This document shows positions 24,630 through 38,044 of a DNA stretch of 64,000 bases, one piece after another (position 1 is the stretch's first letter; the number at the start of each line of letters is the position of its first letter). Source of the DNA: Eledone cirrhosa (taxonomy: Eukaryota); the NCBI GenBank assembly GCA_964016885.1, contig OZ024741.1, positions 371,194,001 through 371,258,000 on the forward strand. The letters run 5' to 3'. The notes under the pieces were generated by a model. The model was given only the letters and a program-made list of their open reading frames with translations, made no database searches and was not told the DNA's origin. The position numbers were made by a program, and so were the translations under genes.

Positions 24630-27030
24630 GTATCATAATTTTATGCCTGTTGTTCCATGCTCGCATGGGTTGGACAGGTCCTTCTCAGTACAGCATCTCT
24701 TCACTTGTCTTCCTTTGTCATCTCCTCCATGAGCTTTGGTGATTTGAAATCAGCTCTCACCACTTCCATCCAGATCTTCGTTGGTCTTCCTCTACCGCAA
24801 CTTCCCTCTACTGGGATGTCCTAGCCTTCTTCACCCAGTGATCTTCATCCATGCACATCACGTGTCCATACCAATGCAGAGATTGTTGGTGAAACCTCTC
24901 CAGTTCCATGAGGGGCTTTCTGTATGTGACCCATGTTCCACAAGCATAAAGCATGGAGGAGACGACACAAGTCAGATACACTTTTACCTTGGTTTCAATG
25001 GTGATACCTTGTCTGGGCCATAAACGTTCATTCAGCCATCCAAAAGTATCACTGGCTTTCTTGATTCTTAAGGATATTTCATCAAGTGTGCATGAATTGT
25101 TCAACATACTACCAAGGTAAACAAACTTGTCAGCAACCTTTAGCTTTTTTCCGTACACGGACACACTTTGTGTAGTGTATTCTTTCCCAGGTGCTAGCTG
25201 GTACATCACAACAGTCTTTTCCAAGCTTATTATGAGGCCCAAAGCACTGCTAGCTTCAGAAAAAGAGTTCATGATATGCTGAATGTCACTTTGTGAGTGT
25301 GCAAAAAGATCGCAGTTATCTGCATACAAAAACTCTCAGATTATAGATGTTAATACCTTCGTGCTTGCGCCAAAGCACCTGATGTTGAACAACCTTCCTG
25401 AAGTGTGATTCCTTATGTAAACTCCATGCGAAGAATTTTTCCTGAATGCCATGAGAAACACTATTGTAAAATATAAGGAAAACAGAGTTGGAGTCGGAAT
25501 GTCCCCCTGCTTCACTCCATTTTCAACTGATGAAAAAGACTCAGAATTTTCACAAACTTTGGAGCCAAGCTTTTCCAAAAGTTTCCACAACACAGTTCAA
25601 TTGACGGTGTCAAAGGCCTTTGTCAAGTCAATAAAGACCTGGTAAAGGTCCATACATTGATCAATACACTTTTCTTGCAGCTGCCGAGCAGAAAAGATCA
25701 TATCTACTGTTCCTCTTTCGTTTCTGAACCCACACTGCAACTCAGGCAATCACATTTGGAGCAACCTTTGAGATCAATCTATCCATCAAAATTCTACATA
25801 TGACTTTACCAACTACTGAAAGAAGTGATATGCCACGATAATTGCCAAATTTGTCCTTCCCAGCCTTTCCTTTATGGAGAATCACCATGAGCTCATCCTT
25901 CCAATCTTGTGGGACACTCTCATCTTCTCACACCTTTTCATGAGGTCAGTCAGGCGCTGCATTTTCACCATCGCACTTCAAAACCTTAGCACTCAGACCA
26001 TCCATACCAGGAGACTTACCACAGTTCAGCTTATGCACAGCAGAAGTCACCTCTGCAAGAGAGGGTACATCAACTATCTCATGATTCACTGATTCAGTAG
26101 GAATGGAGCAAATGAAATCATCAACCTGGGATGGCTGGTTCAAGAGATCTCTCCATCTGTTGAGTATGTCTTTTGCAACTGCTTGCCATCTTTCGATCCC
26201 AAAGGTGCCACTGGTGAGCTGAAAGGGCCATACACTTCTCTGAATAGAGTGAGCAGTAGTTTCACATTGTTGCCATTTAGATGCTGCTTGAACTTCATCT
26301 GCTTTGTTGCTCCACCAGGTATTTTGCATGGTCCTGTGTTTCACCTACACCTCCTTCTTTACCTGTCTGTAATGCTCATAATTTTCAACAACAGAGCTAC
26401 CACCTTTAAGAACTGCATTGAGTGCCTTTTGTTTTCTGTCCAGCAGAGTCTTGACCTCCTGGTCATTCTCATCAAATCAGTCCTTGTGTTTTTTTTGTGA
26501 CAAAGCCAAGGACCTCTGCTGAAACATCATAGACTGAGCTCCTGAAGTAATTCCAGTTATTTGCACAATCAATGCTTTCAAGCCTGCAATACGGCTCTCC
26601 ATTGCCACCCTTATCTTTCATATGATCGATATTCAAGCGCTTTGGAATCTTGGCACTATTTGCTCCTGTTTGAGGTTTGATCATGAAGTTTACCTTGGCG
26701 TGCATCAGATGATGGATTGTCCAGCACTCTGCACCACACAGAACCTGCACATGCTTGATATCCTGCATGTCAGGATATCAAGCATGTGCAGATGCCACAA
26801 GTCGATCAGAAGCCATACTTTCGACCCATGTTGTCTTGAACTTATCCTTTTGCTGAAACATAATGCTTGCAATGAACAAATCTAACTCCACACACATCTG
26901 TAGCAAGAGGAGACCATTGCTATTATATTTCCCTATGCCATGTCTGCCGATCACATCCCAAATCGAGGAATACCCAAGTACGAGAATTTTGTCTGCTGAA
27001 GAAATCTTTTTGACAAGTTCCAAATTATTT
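24630..27030 (-). mobile_element. Old decayed RTE-type LINE (family C) with a family B-like 3' end
   Basis: Fragments of AP endonuclease (GRHGIGKYNSNGLLLL), GKSPGMDG, GVKQG..PTLF, YADNC and KFVYLGS, with many stops and frameshifts. Confidence 0.85.
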
Positions 27031-27778
27031 GTTCAAATCAAGCAGGCGATGCCTGTCCTTGAAATTGTTTTTAAGTGAAGAAAATCTTTGCACGGAACTA
27101 ATTCAACTCTCTGAGCATGGAGAGCACGTACCGAAAAGAAGAACTGGTCAACATCATTGGGTGCCCTCAACACCGCAGGTGTTTTTTCGGAGTTTCCCTC
27201 TCCTAGAGAAGTGTGTGACATTAGCTAAGGGGGCATCTCACTCCTAGCGGGTTATCTGTGTGCCCAGGTATTTCTTGTCCCTGCCCACACGTGTACACAC
27301 TATTTAAAAAATAAAAGAATTAAAATGTATATACAAAAGCACACTCTTGTACATCCAAGGATATATAAGAGACGAAAGATTTAAAGATTTAAAAATTTAA
27401 AAAGTTTTTTTTTTTTAAGTTAAAAGAATTAAAAATGTATACGTAAAGTATACGTATGTCAGGTCGCTCTTGAGCGCTACCAGTAACATGTAATCCAGTA
27501 CAACCTATTGCATAGTCGCCGAGTACTAAACCGGCAATCCTACTGAGCTTACTTGGTTAGGAGGGTGGTATTTGGACACCTTGCAGGATGAAAAACAAAA
27601 CTCAACAAAGGGCGGAGGAACTTAATAGAGTCAACAGCCATCCAAACTCTGTGTACATGTGTGTGTGGGTGTATGAGTATTCTATTTATATATACTTATG
27701 TATATGCCTTTTTTTTTGTGTATGTGTGTGAGTATGTATGATGATGATGATATATATGTATATATATATATATATGTA

Positions 27779-28650
27779 CAGGGTGCGGACGATATTTGTT
27801 CGCAAGATTACTGTCTATGAAAAAATAACAGTAGTTTTATTTTTTAAGATATATTTATCAAACTTGGGTCAGTTTGTCTTCATGACTTGTTCTTTCGATT
27901 TCACTCGATAAAACCACCATTGGCTTTGATGACGGCCTCAAGGCGGCCTCGGAACCAGCTACAGGCTTTCGTCACTGTCCCCCGACTTAGGCCCCTAAAG
28001 GCATTTGTGATCCTGGCCTTCAGATCGTCTTTCGTATTGCAGCTAGATCTGTTGGTGTCTCATTCCACTGCGCCCCACACAAAGAAGTCGAGGGGGTTGC
28101 AGTCAGGCGAGCTGGGAGGCCAGATGTCAGGTGAAGTGTGGTCGACGAAGTTCTCTGACAGCCAGGCTTGGGTCTTTCGGCTGGTATGGCAGGGCGCTGA
28201 GTCTTGCTGTTACACGTACGGCCTACCTGCAGCTACCTGGTCGATCCAGGGCTTTACTACCTCGCTCAGAATGCGGATGTAGCCATCGGTGTTCAGCTTG
28301 AGGCCCTCAGGGAAGAAGTGATGTGGCATGACGACACCTAAGACCAATGTTGTCGCTGGAAACTTTGTCTGTACGACTCTGGGCACGTCTTTGGATGAGA
28401 CAGCGAGCCACCTGTTGTTCTGGGAGTTGATCTTCTGGTCTTATTTGTCCTCCCGGAGCGGATTCCAAGAAGAACTCCGTGTCTCTTCCACAAATTTGGA
28501 GGTTCAAAATTATTCATAATCAATTATTCTGAAAATAAATAATGGAAATATAGTCACTGTTTTTATGAAGACAAGAGTGACAATGGAAGTAAAAAAAATT
28601 TGCATAAAATTAGCAGTTGAAAATTGCGAACAAATATTGTCCACACCCTG
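27779..28650 (-). mobile_element. Tc1/mariner DD37D (maT-type) transposon, internally deleted
   Basis: 27-bp TIR CAGGGTGYGGACRATATTTGTTCGCAA at both ends with TA duplication. The minus strand encodes QQD-SAPCHTSRKTQAWLSENFVDHTSPDIWPPSSPDCNPL-DFF, with 37 residues between the catalytic Asps. Confidence 0.93.
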
Positions 28651-29509
28651 TATATTTGATATATCCTCAGGTGTCTGTTTACATACATACATACATACTT
28701 ACATACATAGGGGTCAAGACTGGGCAACCAGAGGCTATGCCCTACTGGAAAATTGAACCAGCAGCCACATGGCTGCCAAGAATACTTCTTAACTCTTTAG
28801 CTATGCCTATGGCTATGAAAACATGTCTACACAACGTTTTAATAAGTTTGATCTTTCATTGTCATCAGTTGTTAGTTTGAATCCAGTGTTGAACTCTATA
28901 CACATCTATGAATAAAACACATGATCAGAAATGAAACTGATGCGAATGTGGTGTTGGTGTAAACATCAAAAATACATTCATCATCATCGTCATCAGCATT
29001 GTCGTTTTAATGTCCGCTTTCTCTGCTAGCAAGGGTTGGACGATTCATCTCCAAAAATTAGGTTAATAGCTTGAAAATATTATAATCTTATTGAAAGAAA
29101 TGATTTGACATTTAGAATTATTGTAATAAATTGTATGGTTTGATCTGATCAAGACATATTTATATTTTCCCTTTCTCACATCTCCCATTTAATTCAATTT
29201 TCTGGAAAAGATGTTTATCTCTTAACTTCTTGTAATGATTTTGCAGAAAATATCTAAAAGCAGGTTTGTTAATTCACATATTTATAATATTTTTATTGTT
29301 GTGAAAATGTGCAGTAAGTTAGTATAAATAAATGTTGTAGTCATAAGGAGGTTTTGACCTTTTCAATAATGTCTTACTAATACTGTTTCATGTGATACAG
29401 GATATTAAGAGTTAAATATGTTATGAATACTTTTGAGTTTGGCTCATACACATTTTATAAGAGAGAAAAGTATGTGGGAAGTGTTATATTATTATTTTTT
29501 TCTCTGGAG

Positions 29510-30190
29510 CGCAGGATTGGCAGTATCGGTAGAGCGTCGGACAGCATTCTTTGCGGCATATAGTTATGTTTCTTTAGTTACATTGTGAATTCAAATCCTG
29601 CCAAGGTTGGCTTTTCCTTTCATCCTTACAGGGGCAGTAAAACAAAGTACCAGTAACACACTGGAGCTGATTTAATGGACTTTAGCCTCCGCCAAATTTG
29701 TTGGCTTTGCGTCTAAATTAGAAACCATTATTAATTGGTTTGGCAGTATCGGTAGAGGGTCGGACAACATGCTTTGTAGCACAGAGTTACGCCCCTTTCT
29801 GATCTGAGTTCAAATCCTGCCGAGGTTAACTTTGCCTTTCATCCTTACAGGGTCGATAAAATAAAGTACCTGTAATGCACTGGGTAATTGCTGGCCTTGT
29901 GCCAAAAGTAGAAACAATTATTAATATTCTTTTTCTTCATTTTATTATAGAGAAATAAGAGAGCAGTGGATTGGCAGAATCATTAGTGTTTCAGACATGT
30001 CATTATGGCTCTTTACATTCTGGATTTAAATCAAAAAGAGATCAACTTTGTCTTCCATCCTTCCGAAATTCAATGATATAAAGCACCAGTTAAGTGGTGG
30101 TGGGGGATATTATTAACTGCCCGCCCCACCACCACCACCACCACCACTTCCATATTTCTGGAATTGTGCCTATGTTAGAAATGATTATTA
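29510..30190 (+). mobile_element. Three head-to-tail copies of the dominant tRNA-derived SINE family
   Basis: Repeated TTGGCAGTATCGGTAGAG...GTTCAAATCC...GCCTTTCATCC...TAAAGTACCAG...GGCCTTGTGCC unit. Many other copies occur, e.g. ~4600-5070, 17975-18185, 43270-43620, 49785-49970, 57860-58390, 59765-59945 and 61965-62146. Confidence 0.85.
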
Positions 30191-30213
30191 TAGACATTTT
30201 ATTTCTCATTCTT

Positions 30214-30249
30214 TCTTCTGATGAAGGACTAGCGTCCGAAACGTTAAGA
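30214..30249 (+). ncRNA. Minimal hammerhead ribozyme motif
   Basis: TCTT-CTGATGA-aGGAC tagc GTCC-GAA-ACGT-T-AAGA, with palindromic ACGT in place of stem III. Decayed copies at ~53865-53900 and ~57225-57262. Confidence 0.7.
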
Positions 30250-30333
30250 TCTTCTTCCTGCTATATCAAGCGTTAACCTAATATATACCTTCCATATACT
30301 GTACCGATTGTGTTGTTATTTCTGTTTACCTTT

Positions 30334-32541
<2,208 letters not shown>

Positions 32542-32580
32542 AAGATGTATGGTAGGTCGTATGTGAATCGCGATGATTTA

Positions 32581-32619
<39 letters not shown>

Positions 32620-32698
32620 TAGTTCCACAACAGTAATGGTGAACTAACTGTTGTGGAACTATTTCTACCAAACTCGTCCTATGGATTGAGTGGTCTGC

Positions 32699-32782
<84 letters not shown>

Positions 32783-33643
32783 TAATAAAAATAATGAATA
32801 AAAACAAAGAAACAGTTACTTATATTAAAAAATTCATCATTTTACGATCGTTTCTAGGATATATATGTGTGTGTTGGTATGTATATCATATAGATCTATG
32901 TAAAATGTTTACAAACTATCAGAGGGAATATACATACCTACACATATATATGCTGTCTTCAGAAATAATGATATTTGTTTATTGAAAAAAACCAACAAAG
33001 ATTTAATATAATAGGTCTGTTTGGGAACAGGTTTTGAATTGACCAATAGAAAGGTAGTAAGTGGTCAAGATGATAGAATAGTAGTAATAGAAATTTAATT
33101 TAGGGGTAGAGGAAAGCAGACTTCAGTTTTGAATGGAAAGAGTATTTTGAATGAAAAGATTACTTTGGGGATGAAAATAGGTCAAGCCGGTGAAAGGTAC
33201 ACGAAGAATTGATGTTATAAAAGAATAATGCTAGTGTTAAAATCTAAGGAGAATAAAATTTTACGATAAATGTGTTTGTGAAAAATATCAATCTTATTTA
33301 AAACATAAGGAATTTACATCTATAAAAAGAAAATAAATTAATTTAATTGATAGGTATATTTATATTGATAAATTTATATTAATTCATATAGATATCATAA
33401 ATAAGAGTTAGATGTAATTGAAGAATGTTGTTAAAAACGAAAGAAAAAAATAATAATTGGGGGGTAAATGTATTAGTGAGAAATAACAAATTTATATAGA
33501 TTACAAGGAATATAGATTCATAACCTGAAATTAAAATAGCTGTAAAAGGGAAATAAAATTATGCAGTTCATTAGTAGTAGAATATTAATTATAGGTTAAC
33601 TAATTTAAAATTTTTTTTATTATAATAATTTGTAAAGTGTATA

Positions 33644-33898
33644 TTAATTAGGTTTATAATATTTAAAAGTTCTTCTAATTGTATGATTACATGATATAAT
33701 TAATTCTTGTCGCTTATTTAATAGGATATCCTTAGATTTCATTATTTCAAAAAGTTCCTGGGAACATAATCTACATTCATATCTATTATTTTGATAAGGG
33801 GTGGCCCTTTTGAGCACACTCCAGGTCAGGTTATAATCGATATTCTTTTTTCTATAATTATTAATTATTTCAGCTAAGGATGTTGTATTAGCTAACCT
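33644..33898 (-). pseudogene. C-terminus of Penelope/Neptune-type GIY-YIG endonuclease
   Basis: Stop-free frame RLANTTSLAEIINNYRKKNIDYNLTWSVLKRATPYQNNRYECRLCSQELFEIMKSKDILLNKRQELIISCNHTIRRTFKYYKPN*, fitting the PLE pattern W.IL.....Y......C.LC..E......LLNKR.EL...C.H. It is absent from the ORF track. Confidence 0.85.
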
Positions 33899-34485
33899 AT
33901 TATTAGTTAACCTATAATTAATATTCTACTACTAATGAACTGCATAATTTTATTTCCCTTTTACAGCTATCTTTTCCTAAAATTTATACCAATAAGTATA
34001 CTTGTAAACTATTTTAAGGTTTTTAACAACATTCTTCAATTACATCTAACTCTTATTTATGATATCTATATGAATTAATATAAATTTATCAATATAAATA
34101 TACCTATCAATTAAATTAATTTATTTTCTTTTTATAGATGTAAATTCCTTATGTTTTAAATAAGATTGATATTTTTCACAAACACATTTATCGTAAAATT
34201 TTATTCTCCTTAGATTTTAATACTAGCATTATTCTTTTATAACATCAATTCTTCGTGTACCTTTCACCGGTTTGGCCTATTTTCATCCCCAAAGTAATCT
34301 TTTCATTCAAAATACTCTTTCCATTCAAAACTGAAGTCTGCTTTCCTCTACCCCTAAATTAAATTTCTATTACTACTATTCTATCATCTTGACCACTTAC
34401 TACCTTTCTATTGGTCAATTCAAAACCTGTTCCCAAACAGACCTATTATATTAAATCTTTGTTGGTTTTTTTCAATAAACAAATA

Positions 34486-34623
34486 TCATTATTTCTGAAG
34501 ACAGCATATATATGTGTAGGTATGTATATTCCCTCTGATAGTTTGTAAACATTTTACATAGATCTATATGATATACATACCAACACACACATATATATCC
34601 TAGAAACGATCGTAAAATGATGA
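34486..34623 (+). ncRNA. Hammerhead ribozyme with ~100-nt extended stem II
   Basis: 9-bp stem I (TCATTATTT/AAATGATGA), CTGAAGA core, a long imperfect hairpin, and GAA-ACGATCGT-A (GUA site). Minus-strand copies at 32834-32971 and 63823-63964. Confidence 0.75.
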
Positions 34624-34902
34624 ATTTTTTAATATAAGGAACTGTTTCTTTGTTTTTATTCATTATTTTTATTAATTTATCTTGACTCTGTTTTCCTGTA
34701 TTTTTCATCGAAAAAATTTTGAATACATCTTCTCTTTTCATGATATTTGGATTACATTGAGTTCTTCATACGGATTGGACACTACCGTATATTTTGGTAG
34801 ATTTATCTACATATATATATATATATATATAAAGAAAAAAAAATGAAATCGAAATTGCAACTGGAGTCTTATTTAAAAAAAAATATATATATTTATTTGG
34901 TT

Positions 34903-34940
34903 CCTTTACCGGTTTCGCAGTTCTTCTGCTTTTCAGATGG
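34903..34940 (-). ncRNA. Decayed minimal hammerhead motif
   Basis: CTGAAAA-GCAG aagaa CTGC-GAA-ACCGGT-A followed by AATAAA. G8 and stem I are mutated. Confidence 0.5.
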
Positions 34941-35099
34941 AGGGTCTGTGGTTTTTCTCACATCTGGTTGGTTTCTGAATGTTACTTGTTTTATATGGAA
35001 AAAAGTGGCTCGAAATCCCAGGTTTTTAGAGAAGTAATTTGATTGGTTGGTCAATAATTATAATAAATGTTACGCCAGTTCGCGTTACAAAGTTCTTCA

Positions 35100-35130
<31 letters not shown>

Positions 35131-35272
35131 GAGCACAGGTTGTTTTTTTCATATATGAGTGATTGAATTTCTTTTTACTTAAAAAATGGGGCTCACGAAG
35201 GCTTTTTTTTAATTAACGTAATTTGATTGGTTATAAATGAAATTATATATATATATATAATTTCATTTATAA

Positions 35273-35342
<70 letters not shown>

Positions 35343-35344
<2 letters not shown>

Positions 35345-35392
35345 TATGTATGTATACGTACATACATATATGCATACAGACGTACAGTAGCA

Positions 35393-35446
<54 letters not shown>

Positions 35447-35845
35447 CAGGCACACATATATATATGTACGTATCAGTTTAGCGGACATTTATTATAATGT
35501 TCGCTTTGTCCGTTTGTAAACAAACGGACAGCCTGATTTATGCCGTACGGTGTTAAGGCAACCACGTCACCTTTTTGTTCAACACTGACACAGGAACGAT
35601 GTACTAGTTTCAAGCTTGTTAAGCTATCGTCAGCACCGTATACCCTTCTGCCAGATGGTTGAACGTTCGAAAGTATATACTTTCCTTATGAAAATTAACG
35701 GCTGAGCAGCCTAATTTGCATATCGAGTGAGTTCAGTCGGCCAGGCGCACCGAAAACGAGAAAATAGAATAGAATGAAATGAAGCGGACATTATAATAAA
35801 TGTCCGCTAAACTGATACGTACATATATATATGTGTGCCTGTATG

Positions 35846-35876
<31 letters not shown>

Positions 35877-35925
35877 GCATGCTACTGTACGTCTGTATGC
35901 ATATATGTATGTACTTATACATACA
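35343..35925. mobile_element. Fold-back element with microsatellite-containing inverted arms
   Basis: Arms at ~35343-35506 and ~35781-35925 are inverted, a hammerhead lies in the loop, and the element is embedded in (TA)n. Confidence 0.65.
35597..35638 (-). ncRNA. Minimal type I hammerhead ribozyme
   Basis: CGGTG-CTGACGA-tAGCTT aac AAGCTt-GAA-ACTAGT-A-CATCG, with palindromic ACTAGT and a GUA site. Confidence 0.8.
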
Positions 35926-36032
35926 TACTTACATTTAAGTAAGTGCCGTACTAAGAGTGAGAAATGAAATTTCATTTCATTCTATTCCATTATATATATA
36001 TATATATATATAATGGAATAGAATGAAATGAA

Positions 36033-36704
36033 CGGCAAAGCATAAACGAACTAAGGGAAAAATTAGAAATAAGAGGGATCAGATGTTGTTTACTCGAGAG
36101 AAGACTACGTTGGTATGGTCACATGATGCGCATGAAAGACGACAGCTGTATAAAAAAGTGAAGGGCAATAAAAATAGATGGTAGCCACGGAGTATGCAGA
36201 CCCAGAAAAACCTGGGACGACTTGATAAATTCCGACCTCACACACTTACACCTCTCCAAGACAATGTCACTAGATCGAGATCTTTGGCGCTACACAGTAA
36301 TACAGAAGACCCGCATTACCTAAGTACAAAGTGAAACCTACTACAGTCAGTAGGCACCTCTAACAAAAATATACCCCCGTCCCACTACCCCCACCCCATC
36401 CACACCACCCCTTTCAATGTAAAGTTATGTTGGTACCACAACATCCAGTCCGAAACAAATGAGGTTGTGTAGGCGACACGACAAAAAAAACACACAGTCC
36501 ACGGTGAAATGTGGCCGTGTAGGTAACACGGTAAAAACCTCCCAGTCCACACTGTAAACGTGGTTGATGTTAGGAGGGCATCCAGCCGTAGAAAACCCGC
36601 CAGACAGTCCTATGTGAGCAAGACAACCAATCTTGCCTCAAGTGGGAAAACTCCCGTCCAAACCTATGCAAGCGTGGAAGATGGACGTTAAACGATGATG
36701 ATGA
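36033..36704 (+). mobile_element. RTE family A 3' end
   Basis: Matches ~20250-21045 and ends in a (GAT)n tail. Confidence 0.9.
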
Positions 36705-36793
36705 TATATATATATATTACCCACTCTACTACCCTAAGTATTGAGTACTTTGGTGCGTTATGGTCCATCTGGTTCCTTACCACGTTTCCTTCG

Positions 36794-36855
<62 letters not shown>

Positions 36856-37423
36856 AAAACTAACGAAGGAGTTGGGGGTAAGGAACCAGATGGACCATAA
36901 CGCACCAGAGTACTCAATACTTAGGGTAGTAGAGTGGGTAATAGGAAAATGTATGATCCCGACGGCAGAGCTCAAGCCGCTTCCACGGCTATTTGCATCC
37001 AGAAATAGCCGTGGAAATGGCTAATATATATATATATATGGCTTAGTGGTTAGAATATTGACCTTGCAATCCAAAGGTTGTGAGTTCAATTCTCAGACCG
37101 GGTGATGTGTTGTTTCCTTGAGCAAGACACTTTATTTCACATTGCTCCAGTTTACTCAGCTGTAGAAATTAGATGATAGGACTGGGGTCCATATCATTCC
37201 ACTGCCAAGTGGTCGTGTAGGCGCCACGGAAAAAAAGCACCCAGCACTCACTGTAAATGAGGTTGGTGTTAGGAAGGGCATCCAGCTGTAGAAATCCAGC
37301 CAGAATCAGTTCCCATCCCACAACTTGCAAGCTGGGAAAAGCGGACGTAAAATGATAATGATGATGATGATGATATATATACATATATGTATGTATGTAT
37401 GTATACATATATATATGTATGTT

Positions 37424-37693
37424 AGGAGAGGAGACTGCAATGGTATGGATATGTGATGTGTATGGAGGATGACCGATGGGTGAAGAAGTGTCAAGAAATG
37501 CCAGTTGAAGGAAGACGTAATAGAGGTAGACCACGAAAAACATGGGCGGAGGTGGTGAGAGCAGACCTCAGAACGCTGAAGCTCACGGTGGAGATGACGA
37601 AGGACCGTGACAAGTGGAGAGATGCTGTGCTGAATGGGACCGGTCCCACCCTTGCGAGCAGGGAAAAGCGGATGTAAAATGATGACGATGATG
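37424..37693 (+). mobile_element. RTE family B 3' end
   Basis: Encodes DDRWVKKC...RGRPRKTWAEVV and ends in a (GAT)n tail. Confidence 0.9.
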
Positions 37694-37731
37694 ATATATA
37701 TATATCCTTGATGGTCTTTTACTTCTTTCTT

Positions 37732-37803
<72 letters not shown>

Positions 37804-37924
37804 TATATGTATAAATATTTCGTATCTCCAAAGAAATACGGTTTTAGGAAGCCGTAGCTATGCAAACACTGGGGGGGGGGGGGCTAACGCCCTCTGGTGA
37901 TGTCCAGCAGAAGCAAGGGGGACA

Positions 37925-37968
37925 ACCGTCTATGCATTTCAGGCTTAACTGGCCTTCGTCAGGACGGT
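37925..37968 (-). ncRNA. Minimal type I hammerhead ribozyme in a ~210-bp fold-back element (37836-38047)
   Basis: ACCGTC-CTGACGA-AGGC cagttaa GCCT-GAA-ATGCAT-A-GACGGT: 6-bp stem I, perfect core and palindromic ATGCAT. A truncated inverted copy lies at 37977-38014. Confidence 0.88.
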
Positions 37969-38044
37969 CCCTCCCACCGACGAAGGCCAGTTAAGCCCGA
38001 AATGCATAGACGGTGTTTGCATAGCTACGGCTTCCTAAAACCGT

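Larger units (their letters stand above)
32777..34810. mobile_element. Penelope-like (Neptune-type) retroelement fragment forming a ~0.8-kb-arm inverted repeat
   Basis: Arms at ~32777-33605 and ~33900-34680 are inverted and near-identical. The loop encodes a PLE endonuclease C-terminus, each arm has a hammerhead, and (TA)n lies on both sides. Another copy of the arm starts at ~63768. Confidence 0.85.

Noticed and set aside
35104-35131. Poly-G runs (also ~37871-37883 and ~42021-42047) as G-quadruplex elements
   Set aside because: Pure homopolymers of unreliable length; they may be sequencing or assembly artefacts.
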